Source of the DNA: Podarcis gaigeae
Taxonomy: Eukaryota
Reading direction: 5' to 3' (one strand)
DNA length: 64,000 nt
Assembly: GCA_964106915.2 (NCBI GenBank)
Contig: OZ066914.1
A program made the translations under genes and the position numbers. The notes under the pieces are model-generated. The model ran no database searches and was not told the DNA's origin. It worked only from the letters and a program-made list of their open reading frames with translations. Below are positions 25,565 to 39,259 of this stretch, one piece after another. Every line of letters starts with the position of its first letter. Position 1 is the stretch's first letter.

Positions 25565-26600
25565 AAGAAATTGGCCAATTGTATTTTTTACTAAGGATTA
25601 CACCTATAGTAAACTCACAACATGGCTACTAAATTGTAAAGGTGTTCAAAACCTGAAGAGCTGGCAACCAGGAGAGGGGGTAGAAAGAAAGGTTAAGTCT
25701 ACTGGTTCTTGGGTTAACAATGATCTTTCACTCTGCATTTAAATGGATTTTTCCCTGTTGCTGCCCCAGGAAGACTGGCAATTTGGAAGCACACTCACTC
25801 TGAAATGCCAAACCAAATTTCTTAACTTCTTCTCCATCCCGGCTTTCTGATGTTCTGTGGCAGTGATTCTCTTTAGGAGAGGGGGTGGACAGACTCACAT
25901 GCTAGATACATGGACTGTAAGATATGATCATATGGGGCAGGCCAATTATGGGTCTCTCCTGGCATCTGGGAATAACGGGGGGAAGGCTAATGTTGCATCA
26001 TGGTTATTGAACTTAACAAAGTTCAGTTGTATATACAATTGAGCTTTTATTGAACCTCTCGATGAAGTGTGCAATGAACTAGTAATGAGCAACTTAGGTG
26101 GGGGAGGATCTCTTAATAGCATTGACCTTTGTCACATTACTGGATAGCCTTAACCCACTGTCCATTCAGCTGGAAAATTGGATTGGGGGAGTGCATGTGG
26201 TGGAACTTCTCTGCTATTCAGGAACTGTAGTAAAGCTATGCTTTCCCCATGTGAGTGAATTGATTCCTGCATTGGAAACAGAAACATAAGGAAACTACTA
26301 GTGGTGGTTCACTCCTTTTGTCTGTAAGCCACCTAACCAAAACCTTAAAAGAGAGATTTTCTAAGGTATTCATACCTCAAAATTTTTCCAAAACAACTGT
26401 AAAACCTCAGATTCATTACCTTATAAGATGAGCTTTCCTCAAGCAGCAGTGAGGAACTGATCTGGAGCAACCAATGTCCCCTTCCCCAGTGAAACAAGTT
26501 GTGGGTTAAGCATCCACCATCCCTATTCCCTTGCTCCCCATCATCCCTTATGATGCTGCTTTTCAAACATAAATCAATTCAAACCAGTTAAGTGCCTTTA

Positions 26601-26975
26601 AAAAGGCAAAGGACCCCTGACAGTTAAGTCTAGTCGCAAACGACTCTGGGGTTGCGGCGTTCAACTCGCTTTACTGGCCAAGGGAGCTGACGTTTGTCCG
26701 CAGACAGTTTTTCCGGGTCATGTGGCCAGCATGACTACGCCACTTCTGCCACAATGGAACACCGAAACCAGAGCAGTGCATGGAAATGGCGTTTACCTTC
26801 CCGCCGGAGCAGTACCTATTTATCTACTTGCACTTTTTTGGCATGCTTTTGAACTGTTAGGTTGGCAAGAGCAGGGACCAAGCAATGGGAACTCACCCCA
26901 TCGTGGGGATTCAAACCACCAACCTTCTGATCAGCAAGCCCTAGGCTCAGTGGTTTAGACTACAGCGCTACCCGC
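26601..26975 (-). mobile_element. Sauria SINE, older/more diverged copy
   Basis: Homologous along its length to the other copies; fewer CpGs; no clear TSD. Confidence 0.85.
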
Positions 26976-27321
26976 CATCAATATATATGTGGGATATGTG
27001 CAAAAAGGAATAAATATATGACCTTTAAGAGTATTTCATAATCAATTATCAAATTGGAATCAAAGGTGATGGAATTGATTATTTCATCAGTAGACTATTA
27101 AAATATGGTGTTGTTTTTCTCAGTGTTCTTCAGTGATACTCTTGCTAGGCAAAAATTATTAGACAGCACAATTCTTACAGCACAATTCTAGCCATTTCTA
27201 ACCATGTGGAATTCAGTAGGACTTAATTCCACATAAGTGGGGTTGGGATTGCAGCCTTGATCATATAAATCAGATGCTTACTTAGAAAATCCAAATCTGC
27301 TGGTTGGAACTACCTTATTCC

Positions 27322-27724
27322 CAGTGGCATAGTGTGGGTTGCCAGTGCCCGGGGCAAGGCAAGTATCCTTGGCACTGTCCACCAATAGGCTAGAATGGAG
27401 GGGCAATAGCTCAGCAACCTACCCGAGTGGCAACTGCAGTACTCCATGAGCGGCGAGTACAGCAGAGAGTAGGATGGGGGATTGGTCAGGAGTGGGTATC
27501 TTTCTAAAGCCCTCCAGAGGGTTCTCTAGCAACCAGCCATCTCCCAAATCCACTCTGCAGTCCACCCAGACACATATTGGGAGATTTTCTGTGTGAGGGA
27601 GAGGCTGTGCTATTTTTAAAATTTATTATTACTACTTTATTCTTTTTTCTTTTGAAATTTTGCGCCCCTAGGAATTTTGCCCCCAGGGCAACTGGCCCTG
27701 GGCCCCCCCCAAACTACGCCAATG
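27322..27724. mobile_element. hAT-type non-autonomous element
   Basis: TIR CAGTGGCATAG...CTACGCCAATG; 8-bp TSD cttattcc/cttcttcc (7/8). Confidence 0.8.
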
Positions 27725-29265
27725 CTTCTTCCTGTTCCCCCAGATTTTATGCTGGCATTCATATGGCCCTGTTGTTACGTTCCATTATTTAGAAATGCTT
27801 TCCATTATTATACCACAATGTCAGTTTTCCAGGGTAAGCAGAGACATAAGTCTAATTTACCTTATTTTCTGCTTCTGAATCAAGCTGCTAGCACTTTTCT
27901 CCCTGCTATCGCTATTTGATAAAGGTTGCCCTGATCACCTCTTGAAGTTCAAATTTTAAAAGCCTTGGTGTGGCAGGCTGTTTTCTTTCAGCATTTCAAA
28001 TCACTAAAATGTGATACAATTCAACAGTTAATATTAAACCTGCCTGAGAGAGGGTTGTTTTAGAAGTCTCTCTGAGCAGATCCAGCGCTTTGGGAAGGGC
28101 AGAGGACAGTATCCCTTGCATCTGGCTGCCCAAACATCAATCCTGCTATTGCTGCTGAAATGATTCTCTGCTGCTCCCCGATTGTGCAGGCATGAATCAA
28201 TGGACAGACAAGAAGATAGTCTTGCCAGACAGACAGTATCTAGGATTGGTAGCAGATACACAGGACTGTCTCAGGTAAATCCAGATGTGTGGAGAGTGAG
28301 CATGCTCATGAAATAATCTTCTTGGCTTTTTTATATTTAAGGGGGTTAAAGCAAGCATCTAGATAACCGAAAAGGATATGTGCTATTGTAGCCAATGATC
28401 TCTTAATCAATTTCACCATCATTGCAATCCTGTGAACCATCTGCCCCTTGGGAATCTGCCAGCATATTAAGCATTATGTCAGACTGACTTATCTGGATGG
28501 CCAAGCAGTGGAAGAGCAGAATGAGAGAACCAAGATAAGAGGCCTTAACAGCCTATGTATTGTAGATGCAATGGAGGAGAAATATTCTGTTTTCTTTCAC
28601 TAGGCCTGTGCTGTGCTGTTTGCATCTCTAGTGGGGAGAATAACTGAAGAGCATGTGTCCAGATTTTTCCCTGCATTTTCTCTACCTTTGCAAACAGCTT
28701 CTGTCTTTTAAGAAGGTTCCCCCCGCTTATGGTTTACACTTCCGCTTTTGTACTAAGATGCATGGAAATTAATTTAGCCAAGGACATGGGAGTGCAAGTC
28801 CAGGTATATCTCGCTAGATAGCCTTCATCAAGAGATACCTAAATGTCAGAACATACACACAGAAATATATAATTAACATACTGATTAATTAACATTTTAT
28901 TGTTTTAACCATAGTATGTTATTTGATCAGTATCTTGAATGTGGGGCTACTGAGGTATCTGCACAATAGATACAGAAAGAAGTTGGTTTTAATATTTATA
29001 ATTCTGATATACTTCCTTTCAAAATGTCGTAGTTTTTGAAAAGTTGTATGATATTTTCCAGGCTTAACTATATTTTGTCTGCACTTACCCTCCTTATGCT
29101 ATATTTCTGTATGTATATTCCTCATTTTATATCTCCCATGATAAAGGACATATTTTATATTATGCCTTTTTCCCAGATGGGACTCAAGGTGGCTGACAGA
29201 TAAAAACAAGAATCAATAAAAACATAGAAAAACAACAACATAAGCATTGATAGAATTAAATCTCT

Positions 29266-29271
29266 CTGTGT

Positions 29272-29333
<62 letters not shown>
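29266..29333 (+). repeat. (TG)n microsatellite, interrupted
   Basis: Direct observation. Confidence 0.95.
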
Positions 29334-29336
<3 letters not shown>

Positions 29337-29396
29337 TATCTATTTAAAACATACACATAATTACAATAAAAACAGCCTGGGACCAGCCCCTCCATT

Positions 29397-29551
29397 CAGT
29401 GGCATAGCGTGGGGGGTGCAGGGGGGCCGGCCGCAACGGGCGCAACATCTGGGGGGGGGGACGCCCTCACACTCGCAGCTCTCTGCCCCTACTAAAATCC
29501 ACGGGTTAGGGGGCGCAAATTACTTGCCTTGCCCTGGGTGCTACGCCACTG
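29397..29551. mobile_element. hAT-type MITE nested in an L2 fragment
   Basis: TIR CAGTGGCATAGC...GCTACGCCACTG; perfect 8-bp TSD cctccatt. Confidence 0.88.
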
Positions 29552-31297
29552 CCTCCATTAAAAGCAGCTCCCAAAAGCCTGGTTGCAACAAGAGTGTCTT
29601 TGTCTGCTGGTGGAAGCACAGGAAGGAGGGAGCCAGTGCAGCTTCTCTAGGGAGGAAATTCCAGAGTCTGGGAGCAGCCACCAAGAAGGCCCTCTCCCAT
29701 GTCCCCACCAAGCATGCCTGTGAGAGTGGTGGGACCAAGAAAAGGTCCTATTTTAACTTGAAAAACATTGCAGTTCAATCAATTACCTCCAAGATTTTGC
29801 ATTTATTGCTTAACTCTTTGGGCCCATTGTTGATTGGGTGCTGTCCTCTTATTGTGCTTTTTCACATATGTAAGAAGCAACTATTAAGGTGGCAGTCTTG
29901 TTTCTACTTACCTGGGTATATATAAGCCCCATTCAACTCAATGGGACTTACCTCTGAGTAGACATGCTTAGGAAACTAACCAGACCCACCAAGAAGTGGC
30001 TTCTCTGAATTCATCCCTTGCTCTTTCTTCATCTAAATGCCGCTGTCCTCCTCACTCTTACTTGGAAAATGGTCCATTGTGGAGTTATTCCAGAATTATA
30101 CCTTTAATGTCTTGCTGCTGTCTGAGAAATATGCTAGTGAAGTGGATGGCAGTTGCAGGATCTGTATTCAATTGCTTCAGAATAATAGGTCCTTTGTGCT
30201 TGCTTTTTCAAAAATTGTGCTTGCACAATGGAGGAAAAAATCCTGCCCAAAATAAATTTGACAGTAGCCAAAAAGCTCAGCACTACAAATTATTCGCCAT
30301 TGTTGAGAAATCAAACTCCTTTCTGTTGGAAAATGTGTGTGTGTGTGTGTGTGTCCCCTACTGAATTTAAGTCTTAAGGACTTCACGTTCCACATATTGA
30401 GGAACGAAACCTGTCAGTGTAAAATAGGTCAGCACTTGTTCTGCTGCAAGATAAACCACACTTCAAAGTGAACCAAGCAAACCATTTTCCTCAGGAGGAC
30501 CAGGCTGAACTTATTGGTACTTGGAGATAGCTTCGTTCTCAGTAAATTTCTGGGGCAGAGACTATTGCTTGTCAAGGCGAATCTGGATTTTAGTGGTCAT
30601 ATAGCTGGTCAAGAAAACTGCAGGTGAGGTTTGTTTCCAAGGGTTCACCTTGCTTTATAGCAGCGGTGAGCAATCTTTGGCCCACCAACTGTTGTTGGAC
30701 TCCATGTCCCATCAGTCCCAGTCAGCATGGCCAATGGTCAGGGATGTTGTGAGTTGCAGTCCAGTAACACCTAAGAAAGAGTCACAGCGCCTGCTGTGGC
30801 TGTAGAGACCAATATAGGAGAGACATGTTTTGCTGCGGCTGGGGCAGATGAAGACGTCTGGTTGTGCTGATGTAGGTGTGTCACAGCATTTATTCTTTCT
30901 GCGCTACTCCCAGTGGTCATTCCTCCTCTAGTCACTGCTGTGGATGCACAGCTGGACTGATTGTCTCCAGGCTCTGCAGCCATCTGCAAGGAATTCCCAC
31001 ACAGTGGGGTTGATGTTGCCAGCCTTCATGTCACGTAGCCTTCATGTAGGGTAAAAAAAAAAACCCTTGTATTCTACTGTCCCGCAGTTCAGTGCACCAG
31101 TACACCATTTTTACTGTTTATTACTGAGATTTGTTTATTTAGATAAACCCTTATTCTGAGCTTTTACTTGAACTTAGATTCTGTTTCAGCCTTGAGGGGA
31201 GAGGTGGAATAAGGGTTCAGTTTAGTTTGACACCCTGACTGACATTTTTTGCTGAAACCATAGATGTCTATAAGGCATGTATTCTAGAAATATGATA

Positions 31298-31539
31298 CAG
31301 TGGTACCTCAGGTTAAGTACTTAATTTGTTCCGGAGGTCCGTACTTAACCTGAAACTGTTCTTAACCTGAAGCACCACTTTAGCTAATGGGGCCTCCTCC
31401 TCCTGCTGCGCCGCCGGAGCACGATTTCTGTTCTCATCCTGAAGCAAAGTTCTTAACCTGAAGCACTATTTCTGGGTTAGTGGAGTCTGTAACCTGAAGC
31501 GTATGTAACCTGAAGCGTATGTAACCTGAGGTACCACTG
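31298..31539 (+). mobile_element. Tc1/mariner-type MITE
   Basis: TIR CAGTGGTACCTCAGGTTA...TAACCTGAGGTACCACTG, TA on both sides, internal GTAACCTGAAGCGTAT repeats. Confidence 0.9.
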
Positions 31540-33991
31540 TATAGTGGCCAGCAGAAATCCTTGGTGGCATAGAGGGTACATGGTCAGGGGACAATAGATG
31601 TTAGCAGCGTGACTGCCTGGCCAGTGATGCAGAAACGTCCTCCAGATGTGTCTGTCCCTCTCACAACCGTGCACCCTTGAGCTCCCAACTTCCAATATTA
31701 TTAAATGAAACTTCCGTGACAGAAGCCAAGTCCCCTATTCACAGTCTTCTTACTGTCTAGATTCATAGCTGTGTCAGAATTCAGAATGTGTATTTGAACA
31801 TTCCAGCAGCTGCTGTGTAAATAGGTAAATGAAAGCAACTGGAGACAAGAACACAAGGCTAGGTGCACATCATGCTTCCATCGCTTGATGAGTTAACACA
31901 AGCTGCTGCAGAGAAGCCTAAGCACACAAGCAATTAATGCTTTAAAGATTTACCAGACCCTTCATTATCTGGGGATAATTTCAACTGAAATGAGAGAGAA
32001 CTTTTATCAGAGAGCTCTTATAAAGGTAATGATTTCCCTGTCCAAGAGACTTGGCTCTTTATTAACTGAAAGGACCTACGCTAGGAAATTCTGTACAGTT
32101 ACAGAAGAAGGGGGCACTCATATTCCAGCCAGCCAGGAATATTTAAAACCACGATTAGAACACCACCACCAGCAAATCAAAATTAATTTCAACCAATCTA
32201 ACCCGCAGCTCACTGTGGCAGACAACACAGTCATGTGCTATATACTTTATATCACATATAATAAATTGCAGAAAGTAAATTTTAATAGGAAATTGGTAGG
32301 TCATAATAATCTGATGTAATTCAGGAAAAAAGATTAAATTAATGGATTTTCAGAAGCCAGTGTGCATTATTTCTTAATATGAGCATTACATTAAAAACAG
32401 GTTAATGATTTGTTTCCATATCTAAGAAAAGTTCAAAAATATAGCTTTTCATTTAAAAAAGAGAGAGAGCAGGGAAAGTACAAAGAAATGTGTCACCTTT
32501 AGCAAAGTCTGTTTTATCTCCCCATGCTTTGATGGCTTTGTTCTGCAGTAAAAGGAGCTACTGAAATCCAAGAAACAGCCTTGCGTGACTGATTGCATGC
32601 TAGCCTTATTTCCCTTTTCATAATCCAAATGGTAAAAACAAACAAGAGAAGGAATGGTCATGCACCTCTGTTTGTTTGTTTATTATTTTATTTATTCAAT
32701 TTATTGCTCATCAGAAGTAGATTTTGCTTAAGATATAATTGGCTGAGATTAGCCCTGAAAATGATCAACCAGAATGAGAGAGAACGCAAGAGATGAGCTG
32801 TAACCTTAGCCATGCAATATTTCCTAATTCCTGAGATGTGCAGTATTGAAATCATCTAATGGCCCAGCTGTATGACTGGCAGGTGCCATTGCTGGACCTT
32901 GTTCACAGCCACCATCTGTGGTGCGGCAGCACCTGCCATTGGCATGGCTGGTTCCATTGTCTGCCCTTCACTCCAGTCAAGCTTGTTAAGAGCCATGCAA
33001 TGACACTTGTGTGGCATTGGTGAGAGATGGCACCATCGCATTCTGAAGGGCCATTAACAAAACCTTAGGACAACCACGCACTTGGTATTTTCGGGGGGAA
33101 ATTATGCTGCAGCTGAAGCTATGTGGTCAGTGTGGCATGCAGGGCAAAGTGATTCAACTAGCTAGCAATCCATCTTCCTTGAAAATGAAGTTACATGGTA
33201 GTAGGGACCGTTTGTGGACTTATCTAACTGTTCTGGCTCCATTCACAGCAGAACCATGTAAGCCCCTGGTGTGCTAAGAGCTGCAGTTCATTCTCTTGCT
33301 TGCGCTGAAAAGTTTGATTCTTTAGAACAGGTGTGGGTGGCAATCTGTCATTGGACTCCAACTTCCATCAATCTTAGTGAGCATAGTTGTGGGAACGTTG
33401 AGGAAGGCAGGAGAGGATGTATTGTTTAAATATTATTCCTCCTCACTCATGCTAGTGAGCAAGCAGCAGAGCACATTCCCTTACAGATTGCTGGAAGCAA
33501 GTTGATGATTCGTTAGAATCCTTTAATTTAAGCAATCTAATCTGGATTGTCCAGTCTGGATTGTTCCTGGTAAATTTCCCCTTTATTTCCCTCTTAAAAT
33601 AAGAATTACATGACAGTCTTCTTTAAAAGTAAGCGTAAAGTGTACTTACATTCAGTTCACAGCAGTAATCTGAAGGCAGGCTTTATCTTGTGGTTACAGT
33701 TACTTTTGTAGAGAAAAGAAGTCTGAGCTACGCCTCAGATTTTCCACATTGTGACTTCCATCATCTGTAAGGATGAGCCATGTGCTGGCTAAGAGCCAGA
33801 AGAGGAGGTCCAAGAGAGAAGTCCGAAATGCGAAAATGGTAAAAGGGAAGATGGCTGCATGGCTAGCCCTTTTACATGGTCAGCTAGGGTCATGCCCATC
33901 TACCTGGTCACACACAGGGGGAGGAGGCACCAGAATAAGTATGACAGGAAGTCCTCCCTGTCTGGGGCCACATCCCCCTGTGTGTCCACTC

Positions 33992-34220
33992 TAGGGTTTA
34001 CAAACACTTCGGGTTACAAACACAGGGTTACAAACTCCGCTAATCCAGAAGTAGTACCTTGGGTTGTGATGTTTGCCCCAGGATGAGAACGGAAATTGTG
34101 TGCCGGTGGCCCGGCGGCAGTGGAAGACCCATTAGCAAAAGCGTGCCTCAAGTTAAGCGTGGTTTCGAGTTAAGAATGCACCTCCAGAATGAATTAAGTT
34201 CATAACCTGAGGTACCACTG
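33992..34220 (-). mobile_element. Tc1/mariner-type MITE, one TIR lost
   Basis: Right end TAACCTGAGGTACCACTG-TA; interior is the reverse complement of the 31298 family. Confidence 0.75.
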
Positions 34221-37200
34221 TACTTCCCTTCATCTGAGGATGACAGGGTAGTATACATTTTAAAAATCTGTTGACGCTTAAGCACATCACTTTTTATACG
34301 TATGTGTTATTAGCAGTGTACATTTTTATATGTCCTCTTAATTTCAGTTGGAGACAACTAAGCATGTACAATCCTTGATATTATTAACCTTGAAGCATGT
34401 TTAATTCTGGTTGGATAATGCCCTAATTGTTTTTGCTTCTGCCTTTTCAGCAGTTCTCTCATATCATCATAAAACTTGAAGGAATCAAAACACCAGCTAG
34501 TTTTAGAATCCCATTTTCTACTATTCACTCCCAAATGCCATTCAGTCCAGATTAAAGCATGCCAACATCACAGAGCAGGTGTGCTGCCGTACAGTGCCAA
34601 AACAGTGAGCCAAGCCATATGCTAAAGCAGGGATGGGGAGGAGAATGTGTGGTCCTCCAGGGTGACTTGACTACATCAGCTCTTGATCATGGGCTATGGG
34701 CCTAGGACTGACAGGAGTTGGACTTGACTGGGACTGACATCAGGAGGGTCAGTTCCCCACCCTTGAGATAAAGTGAAGTTTGTAGTTTGTGAGTGTGTGA
34801 GTTATAGGGTTACTTTTCACCCTCCCAGTATCTCAAGGCTATTGATCAATGATTCTCCCTGTTTACCTCCACTCCTGAACTATTAGGCCTCCCCCTGCAG
34901 TTTTGCATTTTGAAACCTGAACTTTCCTTTCCATAACTCCAACATTCATACGATTAGGATTCTTTTCCCCTGCATTTATTTATTTATTTGCTTATCTGCA
35001 AGGACTTGGAGTGGGGGGCAAGGTACCGATGGGAGAGGAGGGGGAGATGCGAGCTGATCCAGGACAAGATCAATTACTATTTTTCATCTTTGACAAAGTA
35101 ATTAAGGCTGTAGTGACTTGTTAATTCAATCCGAATGGCTGCTGTGGTGATAGATGCAGATTTACAATCAGTTCTGCTTCAGCGTAGGGAAATGATTATC
35201 CACTGCAAACAGGAGGCCTGAGAGCAGGGAATCACTCCAGGGGGACGTGTTTCCTTTTTTAAAGAGACTGCAGGCTGCGCTACAGAGGCAGAAAAAAGCA
35301 CATATGAAGGGAGGGGTAAGAGAGAGATGCCCTCATCTTCTCTAACACCCATATTAACACTTACATATACAGTGGGTTGGAAACCATGTATGCAAAGGAT
35401 TACTGTGCATACAGCTCTCACAACTGGATCCCTGAAGCCAATATGTGAGATGATGTGTGTGCAGTGCCCAATGCTGGATTGGGGCCATGTGCGCCATGCC
35501 AGACAGATGGTCAGCGCTATCAGCTTTGACAGGACTTGTTCCTGTATCCTTTCATCCCCTCCCCATCCCAATCACAGCCAGTAGCACTAGCCTTCTGACT
35601 GGTGGGGCTCAGTGTGCAGAGATACAGAAATTTCCTTATAGAATGAAAGCTTGATCCATTTACTACAGAGAGCAAATCCATATGGCCAATCTGGCAAGTT
35701 GAGGCTTGAGGGCAGATTGAGTTTGTCTGTGCAGCATTCTACCCAAGGGTAAAATGGTGATGTTATTTGCTGCTTCTTGAACACAACACACATTTAAGCT
35801 TTATTCACACTATAAATGTATATTGGCTTTAGATCACTTAATTGTCACGGCTTCCCCAAAGGAACCCTAGGAATCATCGTACGGAAAGGGTGCTGATGAC
35901 TCTGTTCCCATCCCAATTCCCTAGCCCTGCCCCTTTCGTGATACAATTCTCAGGACTGTCTTATAGAAGGAGTGATTTTTCAACCAGGATAAGTTCATAA
36001 TATATATTCTGAATGTTTAACCAGATTTGGGGCAGATTTACTTCAGTAACTATTCCCCTGTGCCGTGAGCTGGAAATATTCTAAACTCACTGCAGGTCCA
36101 GCAACCTCAATACCACAGAGAGCATGCAAATCCGTCAGAGATCTACTCAGCCTATATGTCAAGCATGTGAATTTACACTGTGACACGAAGTCATGCAAAT
36201 CTACACAAAGTTTGTCAAATACAAACAGCTGTTTCTTAAAAGGGCATTTTGCCATTACTTCATCAAAACAGTGAATGATAGCATGGGTGCCTGTTTCCAA
36301 ATTTTACTTCCTACATAATCTCTGTGGAATAAAATAGACCATGGCACCCTGTTTTAAACGCCTTTTGACCAGGCAGCTTTCTATGTACCACACACTTAGG
36401 AAAACACAGTAGATTTCTGTGCAACCAGTTTGAGGAACATCAGTGACCGAGTGCACTGCATGGGCTGCCTCAAAGATGGAACTTCTCAAAGCTAACTGAT
36501 GTCAAGGTAGCTCCAAGGTCAAATTTGTGATGCAATAATAAGAAAGGCTTTCATACATTTTTGATGGGAATATCAGAAGTCTCAGGATTTCTGGTGGGTT
36601 GTGTATGCTACATGCTCAAGTATGCTGAGCCAGGAGGCCAACATGGTAACATGGATCCAGCGCTAGCCTTTTAAATCTTTGTTTCGTGGGAGGAATAAGG
36701 CCATTTTGTTTGAAACTTTGACAACTCACCTCCTTGTTGCAGCTCTCATGGAAGTTGCACACTTTGGAGAAAGTGACAGGCAGTTTGATAAAGGGAGGCG
36801 GTGTGGCAGGATATGGCAGCTAGCATTGGCTGACAAATTAACACAGCAATGCAAACTGTCTGGGGGTGAAATTGAGTGGGACACTTATTCTGAAGGCTGG
36901 ATACGCCTACATTAATTCTAACCCTAGGGAATCCAGATCCAGCCAGCCTGCCAGCCAGCTCAGTGTTCCTTTTGGACAGACACCTTGGTATAGCTGGGAA
37001 TTTATGCCCTTGGTCAATGTTGTATTGTTTATTCTTTCTGCTTATTTGAAGAAAAAAATGATGTTTGCTTACATGGTAGTCATGGGTCTTTTCTTCTACA
37101 ACTGGATGGGATGTGCATGTTTGTGATCTTATTCTTACTGTTGAGGTTGCAATTGTTACTGTCTTTCAATTCAAGAGAAAAAAGGCGTGGAGATGTTCAG

Positions 37201-39259
37201 GGTGTCAGGAGAGGATATATTGTTTATTAATATCCTTCCTAACTTGCGATAGAGTTTACATCATAAGCAGAGTTTACATTCCCCTTCTCACATACAGCAG
37301 AAAGCTGGTTGCAGGCTCATTAGAACCTCTTATTATTATGCAGTTTAATCTGCCTCAGATTGAATTGTATATTCCTGGTAAAATCACCTGTAAAAATCCC
37401 TCCTAAAAGAATAAAGACAACGCCATCTTATTCATAAGCAATAAAAAGAAAGTTTACTCATGATCAGGCAAAGCACAGTGTGATCCCTGTAGGCAGGCTT
37501 TAGGCTTAAAGATACAAATTTATACTAACAGGTTTATCCCATAAGGGAGATGACCTGGGCGACTGCTTGGCTGGCAGCCAGCAGTTCATTCCAGGAAGTT
37601 CGCAGGATGGAAGGAAAATGGAAAAGAGAGAGAGAGTGGCAGCGTGCCTTGGCCTTTTACCGGGTCTGGAAAGATCATGGCCACCCACTAGTCACATGCA
37701 AGGAAGGATGCTGCAGGCCAGGAGGAACAGGAAGTTTTGACTGGCTGGACCAAACATTCCCTTGCATGTCCACTCTAGGAAAACAAGGAATGTTGTATTT
37801 GACTGCTCTCAGTGGATTACATCCCACAAAAAGAAGGACCCTTTAGTCTGCAACTTATTTTCTCAGGAAACATGTTTCTGATGGAGTGGGGGGGGGGCTG
37901 GCACATGGGCACTCATGTGATTGTTTCCAGGGAGGGCAAAGGAAACAAACAAATATAACTAGCATCAACTAACAGATGTGCCATTTATGGGAAATCTGGT
38001 GATTCAGTGGTAGAGAGGCCTGGGTAGATCTGGCCTCTGACAAGCTTGCAATCCAGATTCATCCTTCCACTGTTTTGCAATAGGTAGAACTGCTGTATAT
38101 CTGTGGGTAGCCCTTGCATCCAGACAATATTTAACACTTATTGCATTTATATCCCTTTTTTATTATTCAATGAGTTTAAGATGTTATACTGCAGATGGTT
38201 CTCCTCTCCCTCATTTAATCCTCGCAACCTTGTGACTACTGAAACCCTCAGTCCATTCTCTGGCATCCTTCACTCCCTCCCCCCTTAATTAATTGCAGAT
38301 ATCTGGAATTTTAACATAAAAACAAAAGGTAGATTCAAAGGAAGGAGTGCTTTCTAACAAGGGTATATGGAAAAGGGTCTTCCTGAATGCTGGAGAAGAA
38401 CTGTATATTTAACCTTAGGAAGTGTGATGTCTGAGTCCCATGAATTTCAAGTGTCCAGGTCAAATTCTTACTCTTATTTCAAATATTTTCTCTTAAGTAG
38501 GCCTCCCAGTGTGGTTTCCCATCCAGGTGTATTATCATATTCACCCAGTTTCAGGAAGGCTGCAGCATCAAGGTTCCAATTCTGGACCCAAATTCTGGGA
38601 ATTCTAAAGGCACAAAGAAATGAAAACATTGAACATCAGCCAAATAGACACTGAAGGCAGGGATTGAATTATTTTATTTTATTTTTTTGGCTGCCTCTTT
38701 TCTTCTAAGGAGGATCTCTGACCCTCTTCATGTCATCAAAACAGAAGCAGCACCCATCTCTTCCAGGAACCTGCCTCCCATGGTGGCCAACTTTCAGCCA
38801 GAATTTCTATAAGCAGTCTGTACAGGGTTGCCTTCACAGCACAAAGCCACTGCTGCTTCATTGGCCAACTTCCCATGCTCTTTCTAGCTCCCTGTTAACA
38901 AAGAGGAAAGAAATACCAGCAGTGTTGGTGCAGATCTGCCATAAGTGTGTGGAGGGATTTTTTAAGCGACGTAGACTATATGGAGAGGTAGTCCACCCGC
39001 TTCCCACTCATTTCCAGGCCAGGACCCTTTCAAGCTGGCACGGAGATCTATCTAGCCCTGCAATAAAAAAAGAAAACCGTCCGTCCCACGAGGGTTAAAA
39101 AAAAAATAGCCCCCCTCCACCTCTTTTCCCCTTTTCTTCCTAATGTCTCAACAAATGAAACTGGTTTGTAAAAATGTTGCATGGGAAATAAAAATACGAG
39201 AGAGACATTGCACACACTTTTGTAAAAAAAAAATATTTAATAAAAAAGGTGGAAATTGA

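Larger units (their letters stand above)
29150..29750 (-). mobile_element. L2-clade LINE 3' fragment (interrupted by MITE and (TG)n)
   Basis: Minus-strand peptide ERAFLVAAPRLWNFLP...APS...F...KTLL typical of the L2 ORF2 end, followed by AT-rich 3' UTR; boundaries approximate. Confidence 0.75.

Noticed and set aside
29416-29925. 169-aa ORF
   Set aside because: Chimera of a MITE and antisense L2
31480-31539. Short regularly spaced direct repeats
   Set aside because: Internal subterminal repeats of a MITE without spacers; eukaryotic DNA, not CRISPR
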